Under the pieces are notes generated by a model. That model was not told where the DNA came from. It saw only the letters and a program-made list of their open reading frames with translations, and searched no databases. A program made the translations under genes and the position numbers. This document shows positions 26,761-37,658 of a DNA stretch of 64,000 nt, in pieces (position 1 is the stretch's first letter; the number at the start of each line of letters is the position of its first letter). The DNA comes from Malacoraja senta (taxonomy: Eukaryota): the NCBI GenBank assembly GCA_038087875.1, contig CM075982.1, positions 52,142,001 to 52,206,000 on the forward strand, in the 5' to 3' direction.

Positions 26761-27478
26761 TTCAATCCTTTCTGCCCCTTTACACTTGTTTACATTTATT
26801 AAACTCATCAAGAGATGGACCTCTGGTAACAGCAGGATCTCATAATGATGACCCCCCCTTCCTCCTCCCCCCCCCCCCCCCCCCACTGAAGTATTACTCT
26901 TTTTTCCTTTATTGAGAAGAACTCCCAGATATCTTGGCACTTACTCTGGGCCAGCTGCAGAGCAGACTTTATTCCTTCAATGGCTGTTCTGTCCTACTTT
27001 ATTTAGGAAAAGCATTTGAAAGGGGGAATTGTTCTCTGGGTTGAGGTTGCATTCGGGTGCAATTTTCGTTTGCGGCATAAAGGTGAATTACTATACCCTA
27101 CCCCGCCCTCTCCTAACAGAACACAGATCAAATATTTTGTCTTTCTTTGATTCTAGAGGACTTGTTAAGTTGTGATGATCGAAATTTATGTAAAAGTTTC
27201 TCCAGAATTACTTAATGCCGACATTGTAATTTAGTATTGAGGAGCTTGCACCAACGAGACAGGGAGGGGAACAAGGTGCCAGAGGACAAAGTCGCTCTCT
27301 TGCAAGGAAAAGATGTTAGGTTTCCATTCACCTTTCCAAATGGGAAGCAATAAATTGGAAGCAGATTATTGATTTCCTCCCAATAAAGTCATGGCTAATT
27401 TATGTTGGCCTCCAATCCTCTACTGTGCCAGTTTCCCCCAAATCCTCAATTAGTTAAATTAATTTAGTTTATTATTGT

Positions 27479-28400
27479 ACAGTAAACCCTCGTTTTAACG
27501 CACTCTTTTATAACGGATTTTGGTTATAGCGGATGGACCTGCTGATATCTCCCTGGCTCGCACCATCTACCCAGTCCCGGCTGCCGATGCCACCCCAGGA
27601 TCACAAAGTGCACCAGCCAGCCCTTCGTCACTCACTGGACAATCCAGTTAACATGGTAGAGGCTCACATTGTAGCCCCTGGGTTCAGCACTTTCATCAGG
27701 CTGCCGCCACCTACAGGATGCACTCGGTCACTGTGGGGCTCCCTCATCTCGCATTTGCTGTTGCTTCTTCCTGTCAGCCTGTTGATTTGTCCACACGGCC
27801 TCTCTCCTCCTCCACCGCAGCCTCCTCCTCCTTCTCCCATCGCTCCCTCCACTCTGCCCCTTCCCCCCTCCACTGCTGCCTCCTCCTCTCTCTCGCCCGG
27901 AGTTGCCAACATACTCCACCTTGGAAGCGGGAAGCGGACAAGGTGACGGTCGCTATGAGGAACCAGTAGTTAGTGAGAGGGAAGGGAGCCCCATGGTGAC
28001 CGAGTGCATCCTGTTGGTGGCAGCATCTGAACAAAGAGCTGATGGCCAGTGGCTACGACATGGGCTGCAACAACAGCCGCCTCAACTGGACAAGCGTTCG
28101 CTGGCGCAGACCAGTTGCATCAGCACCTAGTTTTAAGGTGAAACAACATAAAGTGCTGGAGTAACTCAGCAGATTGAATCGGTCTGAAGAAGAGTCTGGA
28201 GAACCTGTCCATATTCTCCAGAGTTGCTGCTTGACTCGCTGACTTCATCCAGCACTTTGTGTCCTTTTGTTTATTAAACATCCTCTGCAGTTCTGTGTGT
28301 CAACTACATGCAATGATAACATCCTACTCAGTGACAGCGGACAATCGGCATAACGGAACCATTCATCCCCTATGGTCTGTTAGAACATAGATTTAGTGTA
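27479..28400. mobile_element. Tigger/pogo-like non-autonomous DNA transposon with GC-rich interior and nested pLTR pieces
   Basis: TA + cagtaaaccctcgttttaacg left end; degenerate right end ctgttagaacatagatttagtg + TA; subterminal ataacgga repeats. Confidence 0.55.
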
Positions 28401-28659
28401 ATGTGTACTGAGATACCGTACATATTTATATTGATTTGGCCTCCATCACCCTCAGAGCCGGAGAATTCCAGACTTACCACATTGAGAAAAAAACTGCTAT
28501 ACACCTGTTTTAAATGATTAGCCTTTATTTTGTAGCTATATCACTCCCACGAGAGAACATATCTCAACATCTCCTCCATAGGATCATGCCTGTTTGAATC
28601 AGGTTATTCCTCATTCTTCTAAACTCCAAAGAAAACAGACCCAAACCGTCTGGCCTTTC

Positions 28660-29135
28660 TTATAGACTCAAGAGTCATAGTCATACTGTATGGAAGCAGG
28701 CCCTTCAGCCCAACTTGCCCCATCTACACTAGTATCACCTGCCTGCATTTGGCCCATATCACTCCAAACCCTCTCTATCCATGTACCTGTCCAAACGTTG
28801 TAATAATACTTGCCTCAACTACCTTCTCTGGCTGTCCATTCCATATACCTACCATCCTTAGTATAAAAAAGTTGCCCCTCGGGTTTCTAATGCATCTTTC
28901 CCCCCTCACCTTAAATCAATGTCCTCTGGTTCTTGATTCCCCTACTCTGGGTAAAAGGCTCTGTGCATTTATCCTATCTTATCCTCTCATGATGTTGTAC
29001 ACCTCTGTAGGATCACCCCTTATCCTCCTGCGCTCCAAGGAATAAAGTCTTAGCTCGGGCCCTCGAGTCCTGGCAACATCCTTGTACATCTTCTCTGCAC
29101 CATTTCTGGTTTAACAACATCTTTCCTATAACAGG
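28660..29135 (-). mobile_element. CR1 3' fragment
   Basis: Same family as 9562-10245. Confidence 0.8.
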
Positions 29136-29634
29136 GAAAGATGTTTTCTTAAGAGAACAGAACTCTCATCCCAATAATTAGTCTGGTGAATCTCCTTTGG
29201 ACGGCCAAAATTCAACATTCATTAATTTTACTAAAGCAAGTAGGGGATCATCTACTTTCTAAAGTAAAAAGACCAAAACTGCGCACAGTGTTCCAAGTGT
29301 GGGCTTGCCAACACTCTGTGCAACTGCAACAAAGAGTCTCTATTCTTAAACCCCGTTGTAATTAAGGTCAATATGGTGTTCGCCTTTTTACCTCCTCGCT
29401 GGGCCATGCCTTCTGACTGATTTATCCACTAGAACATATAGGAAGGACCCTGTGAACCAATCATTGACATTTTTTTCCACTCAGATAATAATCCACTTGT
29501 TGATTCCTCTTATGCAAGTGCATGATTTCACATTTCCAATATTAAACTCTGATCAGTTTTCAGTCAGGCACTCACTCCATCTATATCCTATTGCATAGAT
29601 CATAGAACAGAGAACAGTACAGCTCAGAGGTGGG

Positions 29635-30620
29635 CCCTTTGGTCCAGGATCCAGGATGTCTCGGAGCGGCGGTATGATGTTCTGAAGGTGGAGGGGGGAG
29701 GGGGAGCAGCCAGACGTCATGCATGTTGGCACAAATGACACAGGGAGGAAAAGGTAAACAAAAAATGCTGGAGAAACTCAGCGGGAGGCAGCATCCATGG
29801 AGAGAAGGAATAGGCGACATTTCGGGTCGAGACCCTTCTTCAGACTGACGTCAGGGGAAGGGGGGGGGGGGCGGGAAAAAGAAAGGAAGAGGCGGAGACA
29901 GTAGGATTTGTGGGAGCTGAGAAGGGGAGGGGAAGGAGGGAGAAAGCAAGGGTATCTAAAATTAGAGAAGTCAATGTTCATACCGCTGGGGTGTTAACTA
30001 CCTAAGCGAAATATGAGGTGCTGTTCCTCCAATTTGTGCTGGACGTCACTCTGGCAATGGAGGAGGCCCAGGACAGAGAGGTCAGATTGGGAAGGGGAGG
30101 GGGAGTTGAGGTGCTGAGCAACCGAGAGATCAGGGATGAGGTTTGTCAAAATGATTATAGGAAGTTTGGCAAAAGGTTAAGAGTAAGACCTCCAGGTTAG
30201 TGATCGCTGGGTGACTCCCTGTGCCACATGCTAGTGAAGGTAGGAACAGGAAGATAGGATAGATGAATGCTAAGGAGTTTGTGCAGGGGGAAGGGATCCT
30301 TTCTGGGGCAGAGGTGACCTGTACAAGAGGAATAGTTTGCACCTGAACTGGTAGGGAACCAATATCCAGGCAGACAGGTTTGATAGTGCTATGCAGGTAG
30401 GTTTAAATTTGATTGGCATCATCCAATGCAGAACTGAGGCAGGTGAGATACTGGATGTCAGTATGGAGTGTGATGAAAGATAGTTGCGTGGGCAGAAAAA
30501 GCAGGACCATGACAGGGAGCAGGAAAGGACTGTAGGATTGAATTGCAATAATTTGAATGTGAGAAGCCTAATGGGGAAGGCGGATGAACTCAGGGCATGG
30601 ATAGATGCGTTATTCATGGA
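29635..30620 (+). mobile_element. CR1 ORF1 esterase/ORF2 start relic with nested minus-strand Penelope 3' fragment (29755-30130)
   Basis: catgttggcacaaatgacacagggaggaaaagg rejoins gatgaggtttgtcaaaatgattatagg; insert is reverse complement of PLE 3' end including hammerhead motif. Confidence 0.75.
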
Positions 30621-30694
30621 TAGATAAGTTATTAGCCTTGATTATAATACAGTCCCTAGCTACAACACTAATATGCAAGCATGTAGTCTAGTCG

Positions 30695-30976
30695 GCATAA
30701 TGGCATCGTGGTAGACCTACTGCCTTACAACGTCAGAGACTACGGGTGCTTGTCTGTATGGAGTTTGTTCATTCTCCCCGTGACCTGCGTGGGTTTTCTC
30801 CGAGATCCTGTTTCCTCCCACACTCCAAAGACGCACAAGTTTGTAAGTTAATTGGCTTGGTGTAAATGTAATTAAAAATTGTCCCTAGTGTGTGTAGGGT
30901 AGTGTTAATGTGTGCAGACTCAGTGGGTCAAAGGGCCTGTTTTCGTGCTGTATCTCTAAACTAAACTAAACTAAAC
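30695..30976 (+). mobile_element. V-SINE (HE1-like)
   Basis: Core ggagtttgttcattctccccgtgacctgcgtgggttttctcc, tail gggcctgtttt.gtgctgtatctc(taaac)n. Confidence 0.85.
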
Positions 30977-30995
30977 TTGTCATTAATCATTTTAA

Positions 30996-31292
30996 TACCA
31001 AAGATAGACACTATCTGACCCGCTGAGTTACTCCAGCATTTTGTATCTATCTTTGGTAACTGACCCACTGAATTACTCCAGCACTTTGTGTCTATCTTTG
31101 GTACTGCAGAGATGTTGCCTGACCCACTGGGTTACTCCAGCAATTGTGTCTATCTTTGGTACAGTCTGAAGAAGAGTCCTTACTCGAAACATCACCTATC
31201 CTTTTTCTCCAGACATGCTGCCCGACCCACAAAGTTACTCCAGCACTTTGTGTCTATCTTTGGTATAAACCAGCATCTGCAATTCTTTGCTT
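30996..31292 (+). repeat. Nested partial tandem array of Penelope pLTR pieces
   Basis: Four copies of gacccrctgagttactccagca.tttgtgtctatctttggta of increasing length. Confidence 0.8.
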
Positions 31293-32339
31293 CTCCATTA
31301 ATCATTCTTTTTAGCTTTATCCTATTTCATTTCATTGCACAGTGAAAGATCCCTACTGGGTTCCAAGAATAACGTGAAAGTGAATAGGATATTAAATTCT
31401 ATATGTGTAGGAAAGAACTGCAGATGCTGGTTTTAATCGAAGGTAGACATAAAATGCTGGAGTAACTCAGCGGGACAGGCAGCATCTCTGGAGAGAAGGA
31501 ATGGGTGACGTTTCGGGTCCAGGAAAGTTAAGCAGAAACCATAGCCAGGAAAGTTAAGCAGAAACCAAAAGCTGCAAAGTTTTCCTTCTGCATGGAACTA
31601 TTTAAAGTGGTGCTACAGCTTTCTAAATTCTTCTGGCATAACCATAGACAGAGATGACTGGATAAATATAATATCTAATACTCCAATGAATAAAAGCTGC
31701 TATTAGAGAAATCAACATGTGTGCTGGTCAGCAGAATAAAATAATGGCTCTTTTAATCATTCAAGAACACAAACCACAGTCCTAGATTTACAACTCATCT
31801 GTAGGTCATAAAAATCAGCATAAAGTGCGACCTATGTACCCAGTTTTATGATAAACAGCAGCAATTTTACAACCATCTTTTACTTCATTTTCCATTGAAC
31901 AGTGCTCAACTAGTTTGCCATCACTCCAGGCAGTCTTTGGGTGTATTGCAATAAGCATTACTATTAAAGCAGTGTTTTACAATGAGCTGACTGTAGAATC
32001 TGTTTTAATTTGGTGGGTTTCCTGGTGTTCATCTACAGTTTATAGAGTGGACAAATGCTGAGAGCTTCCAAATGCTCATATTGCAGGGAAATATCTCCCT
32101 AACTGCAGGGGTTCTTTGGAGACAATTGATGCATGTTTCAGGAATTTATTTACATTGTTTCTTGGCATTTAAGTTGAAAATTGTGGATCAATTCTTTCAA
32201 ATAATTAATTAAACCATGATAGAAAAAGGCTGCATCGTGTTGGATGGGTAGATTTTGTGGCCATTTCAATTTGTAGAAACAGGTGAGTGAGTAGCCGGAA
32301 GTCATTGTGCACGTTGGAAAAGGGATGTCCTGTAAAGTG

Positions 32340-33090
32340 AATGTAGGGAGTTAGGCAGAACATTAAAAAGCAGGACCCCAAGGGTAGTAATCTCTGGATC
32401 ACTCCTGGTGCCACGTGCTGGTGAAGGTAGAAATAGGAAGATAGGACAGATGAATGCATGAAAGTGACAACACAAGAAAAGAGTGATAAAAGACCCAGGC
32501 TTGCTTTCATAGGTCGGGGCATTGACTATAAGAGTCTGGAAGTCATGATACAGCTTTATAGGCTGCATTTGGAATATTGTATGGGTTGCCCCATTACTAG
32601 AAGGATGTGGAGGCATTGGATAGGGTTCAGAGGAGATTTACCATAATGATGACTGGATTAGGGGATATTAATTACAGGGAGAGTTTGGACAGACTTGAAT
32701 TGTTTTCTCTGGAATGCTGGAGGCTGCAGGGACACCTGATTGAAGTATATCAAATTCTGAGAAGCATTGATAGGGCCAAAATCTTTTTCCCAGGATGGAA
32801 AAATCAAATACTGGAGGACATAGCTTTAAGGTAAGAGGGGCAATGCTTAAAGGATATGCGGGCAATTTTTGGTACAGAGGGTGGTGAGTGCTTGGAAAGT
32901 GTTGCCAGGAATGGTGCTTAAAGCAAATACATTAGTGGTATTTGAAATACTTTTGGATATGGATATGGATATGGATATGAGTTATGTGCAAGTGGGTAAG
33001 TGATGGTTTTGGCATTGTGTTCGGCACAGACATTGTGGGCCGAAGGGCCTGTTCTTGTGCAGTACTGTTCTAAGTTCTATGTTCTAAATG
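32340..33090 (+). mobile_element. Degenerate CR1 (ORF1 piece joined to ORF2 3' end and tail)
   Basis: LAFIGRGIDYKSLEVMIQLY, QRRFT; tail gggccgaagggcctgtt..ttctaagttctatgttctaa. Confidence 0.8.
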
Positions 33091-33170
33091 AGTTGCAGTC
33101 TGTTTTATTTGTCCCTGGTTAAATTCCAAAATATGTCCACATCCAACAAAAGTATCTGTTAATAGATAAT
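32965..33170 (+). repeat. Left copy of 206-bp host duplication flanking the LTR element
   Basis: Matches 42805-43010 with 2 substitutions. Confidence 0.95.
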
Positions 33171-34502
33171 TGTAAGGGTTTTCTGCGTCGAGCTTTCGCC
33201 CGACCTAAGGTCCCTGTGCCTTGCTCTGGTCCCTTGACCAGGCCGCGCACACTGGTTCCCCGTGAGTGGCTCGACCCACTCACCCCCTACGGTTCTAGAC
33301 ACTGGACTTAGTTGCAGGAGCGTTGATAGTGCAGAAAATTCAACCAGACCAGATTTGAAGACCAGGGTTTAAACAGGAAAACAACTTTTATTTAGCGGTT
33401 GGAACTACGGTACATGAATACTTTGACACAGTTCTATAAGGCATATGCATAATAACAGTTCCTGTTTCGGGATCATAGACGCAATAACTACGATACAATA
33501 CTCGAGTGCGGGATGGGGAACGTACGGCACATCGTAAAATTTGCCAGCACATCTTACACTTACACCCACGTTAATATAACCCCCTCCCCCTCCCCTCTAC
33601 ACTAAACTATGTCCAGGATGTGCAGGATCGGGGTACATGCTCACCATGGGGCGATTACTGAGGTTACTGGCTGGTCGTGCTGCTTCCTCCGATTAGGTGG
33701 CTGTGGAAGGGTCGTCGGCGGTCGTCTCGGTCTTTCGGGTGGTCCCGGGGGTTCCTTTTATTTTTTTCCTTTTCTTTCCACGTGGCGGGGACTCCAGCCG
33801 GAGTGTGTGTCACACTAGACACCGTGTACTTTTAAGCACTGTCCTGTGTCCTCTCTCTCTCTCCGCAAGTCTCCAGATTCGTTCAGTGACTCCTTCTGTG
33901 TCTCCCTCCTTTCCTTTTTAAACCCCAAAATCGTGGCCAGTTATTCTAATCCTGACCCGTCCTATCTCCCGCCAGATCTCAGGATCTCTTTGCTTAAAAG
34001 ATGGGTTTCGAGCTCTCTCTTTGTTCTGCGTTATGTCCGGGAGTACTGGTGATGGCTAGACGGTCTGTTAATTTGTTTCTCAATAAGAGGTGATGGGTTT
34101 AACTGGTTTTCCCATCACCGGCCAGGTAGGTTTCTATGGGCTATTGTGCTCCCTTAACGAGATTAACTATGTAGGTCAGCTTGGGGCATTGTGAATGCCT
34201 GCTGATGTCAGCGCCCCAGTGTCTGGACTTCGACCTGGTTTCGGGGGTGTCTGCACGGCCAATATCCATCTATTGTTCAGGCCGTGACTTTGCAGAAACC
34301 CAGAGACTGGGCTGTGGGGTTTCGCTTTTGTGGCTGGTCACGAGGTCCCGCGGCCATCTTGGGACCCACTGATTGTGACATCCCTTGTTAAAATGACCGC
34401 AGCTTTTCTCTCTCTCAGTCCCAGTCCCGTATAAAAATGTCCAAAATGCAGCTCTTTGGTTTTGTTGATTGTAGCATGAGGGAAAACTTCTCAAATCTTA
34501 CA
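33171..34502 (-). repeat. 3' LTR (1332 bp, complete)
   Basis: TGTAAG...CTTACA inverted termini; preceded on minus strand by purine tract; 33171-33969 repeats at 41982-42804. Confidence 0.92.
33387..33392 (-). promoter_or_regulatory. Candidate LTR polyadenylation signal AATAAA
   Basis: tttatt on plus strand, conserved in both LTRs, ~215 bp from LTR end. Confidence 0.6.
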
Positions 34503-34512
34503 GTCCCTCCTG
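34503..34512 (-). other. Polypurine tract
   Basis: Minus strand CAGGAGGGAC immediately before TGTAAGA of 3' LTR. Confidence 0.75.
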
Positions 34513-35012
34513 TTGATTTGCATAACCCCAGCTTATCGAATCAATTAAATAATGTGGTTGAGCAATGTTTTCCCGATTCCCCACATCCAGACCCCTGAGG
34601 TTTTAACTAACTAGTGCCCCATTACGAACATACAGTCCCCATCTTTTAGGCTGACCTATACTGTCCGTGTCCCGGGCAAAACTATATTACAAACATTTGC
34701 ATTTTGTGTCTACCTATACACTTACACCTTGCCCCAGGCCGATGCCTCCGCCATCCTCCTGCTGGTGTAAGCTTTAATGTAGGACATGAAAACAAAACCA
34801 CTGCAAAACGATACATTTTCGTGCATTCTTTCAAAACAATCACTTTTTTCCACCATTTCGAAAAGGACAATACAAAACACAGTTGACTCGGTCTGGAGGG
34901 GGCCCGTCCTCCTAGCAGCTTGCGGCTGGGTCCTGCTCGCCCACCCGCACGTAACGGTCTCTCCATTCTCCTTTATTTACCCGGTCATTGAGGCGCTGCC
35001 CTCCTTTACATT

Positions 35013-35734
35013 TCACACATAGTAAATATCTACTGCCAGCGGAACTGTGGGAGGGGTTGTGCGTGGTCGTGTGATGAGTTCAGTGGCGTTTGCCGGGATC
35101 GGGGAAAGGGGGACCCCACAAGCCTGCGAGCTAACATCCCACCTCATCCCCTTACCGTCATCCTGCCACTGTTTGTGGAAAAATATGCTGTTGCCCATGG
35201 AGCAGCGATACCTCGAACCCCACATACACATATAGATCCCCTCATCCGGTTCCCACCATTTGTCCCAACATACACTCAACTGTTCATTAGTCCCAGAAAT
35301 AGTTCTGTGAGTGTTGTTGTTAAGTCTCTCCCACTCAACAGTGGAGTTGGCCATTGTCCGACTTGTTTTCCTCAGCCACCACCGCCTGCTCGCGGGGACC
35401 TTCCCCGTGCATACCAGGCAGATCCTTTTGCCCACGGTGGCGCTTATTCTTTGGGCGACGATCTTGACTCTCGGGCACAATAATGCAGTGTCCCGATAAG
35501 CAAAGCCTGAGGCGCTGGAATATTCTGAAGAGTTCGATCCCAGCCACCCCGGCCCCGGCCTTCATGAAAGTGAACTGCAGTCTCCTCCGCTTCTCTCCTT
35601 CCAGTCCCATCGGTCGCGATGGGAGCCGTGTCCCCGGAGCAGCCGTAGACGATGATGTCCTTGGTGCAGCCCCGATAGGCCCACCCACATCCGATCGCCG
35701 TGGCGACGATCCACCATACGAGTGCCTCCTTCCG
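35013..35734 (-). pseudogene. Env-position accessory gene: signal peptide + Ig-superfamily domain(s) + Thr/Pro stalk (disrupted)
   Basis: RKEALVWWIVATAIGCGWA hydrophobic leader; Ig pattern VGKRICLVC..WW..LSVCW..DEGIYMC; sequons NSS, NST, NNT, NAT; one frameshift near 35620 and a TGA at 35562-35564. Confidence 0.6.
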
Positions 35735-36617
35735 CTCCAGAAAACAGATAAAATATGGTATAGCCAGCCTCTTGGGGAGCGCTTGACTTTGTTAAATGCC
35801 CCTGCGGGCGGGTCTCTTGACCCTCAGCCCACCCCACACCTGCATCCTGGACGCATCAACTTTGTCTAAAACTATTCCCCCAAACTTATCTATATTACTT
35901 ATCCTTATCCTTATCTACACTATAATACAACGCCGCCTTCCCAGGGCGGCTCAGCTAATCCCTGTCAAGGCTGCAGCGGGTCGTCTCCTGCGGCTGCACC
36001 ACACTGTCTCCCACCTTTGACCCTCCGCAGCCTGTCGCTGCCTGTCGGGGGCTAAACCTCCTCTGAAACGCTAAACTCCCGTACCTCGGGGCGTGATTGA
36101 CCTCTGGCCAAAACTTTCTAGGTTGGGGTTCCCTATTAGACCTACGGAGAGTCACCTTAGGCACTGCCCCCTGGACAGCCTGGCTGAGGACCGGTTCCTG
36201 CCGTGTCACAGCTCGGGTATCCCCCGCAGCTGCCGACCCTGGCCCCTCCTCATCCAGCTCTGCCCCCCCCGGTGCTGGGTATTCTCGCGGCATCCGGCCT
36301 CACCCTGCCTGTACCTACAGGTGGTGAGCCTCCGCCCGCTACCCCCGCCTTCCTGGTGCTTGAGTCGAGAACGTTACTGTCGTCCCCCTCCGACTCCTCC
36401 TCCTCCGTAATGGGGTCCAGCCCCTGGTCGAGCTGATCAGGCTCTTCCTCGTCTGAATCCCACCCAAAACGCGAGACTCTCCATTCCTGGAGAATGTCCC
36501 CCCCTGTCACGCAGGCAACCTTGCTGTCTGCGTGACCTGCCTCACCCTTGGCTGTGAGTCCCCACTCACAGGGCTGGCCCCTGTGGTTGACCCCTGTGCT
36601 CCAGGCTTATATGATTT

Positions 36618-37658
36618 TCACTGGTTAATGTGAAACCATTTAACCCGCCGGGGCAACTTCACGGTGTAGACCATGGGGCTGGCTTTATCTACAATGCTGT
36701 AGGGCCCCATGTAGAGTGGTTCGAAACTACCTACCCTAGCATAGTTCTGAACCATTACTAATTCTCCTACCTCCCAATCCTGCAGCTTGTGCGGCTCCAG
36801 CAACAGCTTGTTGCCCAGGTGCTGCCTTCCCATGTTCCCAGCCATCTGCCCGTGGACCTGCTTCAGACGCTCGAAGAGATTCTGGACAAACCTGTCCCTC
36901 TTAACCTCCTCGAGCTGACCCTCCGTGAGCACCGGGGCCAGAACATGGGTGGGAGTGCGCATAACCCCGCCAGTCATCAGCTCGTACGGGGAATACCCCG
37001 TGCTCTTTGACTGGCTGGCCCTGATCCCCATGAGGACTAGGGGCAGGACCTCCGCCCATTTTTGGGGCGAGCCCATGGCCTCCTTCCTCAACCTTTCTTT
37101 CAGGGTCCTATTCATGCGCTCCACAATCCCTGATGACTGAGGATTGTGGGCTACGTGCCACTTCCCCTCAATGCCCAGGAGCATGAGGGTGTTCTGCATC
37201 ACCTGTCCGGTGAAATGACTCCCTTGGTCGGACTCCACAAACCGAGGGAGCCCCCACCGCGAGAACACCTCCCGGACCAGGATCTTGGCAGTACCCAGTG
37301 CCGTAGCTGTCTTACAGGGGAAAGCCTCCACCCACTTAGAGAACACATCTATCAGGACGAGGCAGTACTTATAGCCTCCTTGGGTGGTGGGCAAGGGCCC
37401 GATGTAGTCGATTTGGATCGACTGCCAAGGTCCCTCCACCCTCCTGACGTGTCCCATGGGCGCTTTCCTTTTCTGGGGGTCTGGGTTATCGGCAGCACAG
37501 ACGAGGCAGCTGGCGCAGAACTCGCGGACATCGTCCCTAAGCCCCGGCCACCATCCCGCCTGCTCTATCCGCTGCCACGTAACCTCCGGTCCGACCCTCA
37601 TGTGCCAGCTGGAGGAACTCCCTCCTGTGCTGCTGTGGCACAACCCACTGTTCGGCAT
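36618..37658 (-). pseudogene. pol: Integrase
   Basis: Zn-finger remnant H..H..CLVC, QIDYIGPLP, SDQGSHF, GIVERMNRTLK (DDE), GPY motif; frameshifted relative to RT-RNase H. Confidence 0.92.

Noticed and set aside
31014-31265. CRISPR-like repeat array
   Set aside because: Eukaryotic context, no unique spacers, and repeats derive from Penelope pLTR
33609-34052. Plus-strand ORFs in the LTRs (also 42418-42756)
   Set aside because: Low-complexity, frame differs between the two LTR copies, no motifs
34722-35012. Transmembrane anchor for the Ig-like protein
   Set aside because: The in-frame continuation has two stops and no convincing 20-aa hydrophobic stretch; membrane anchoring is not supported
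35465-35495. DTA..YCARE-like reading suggesting an antibody VH gene
   Set aside because: Needs an extra frameshift, is followed by a stop, and no RSS heptamer/nonamer follows; treated only as part of the Ig-like ORF
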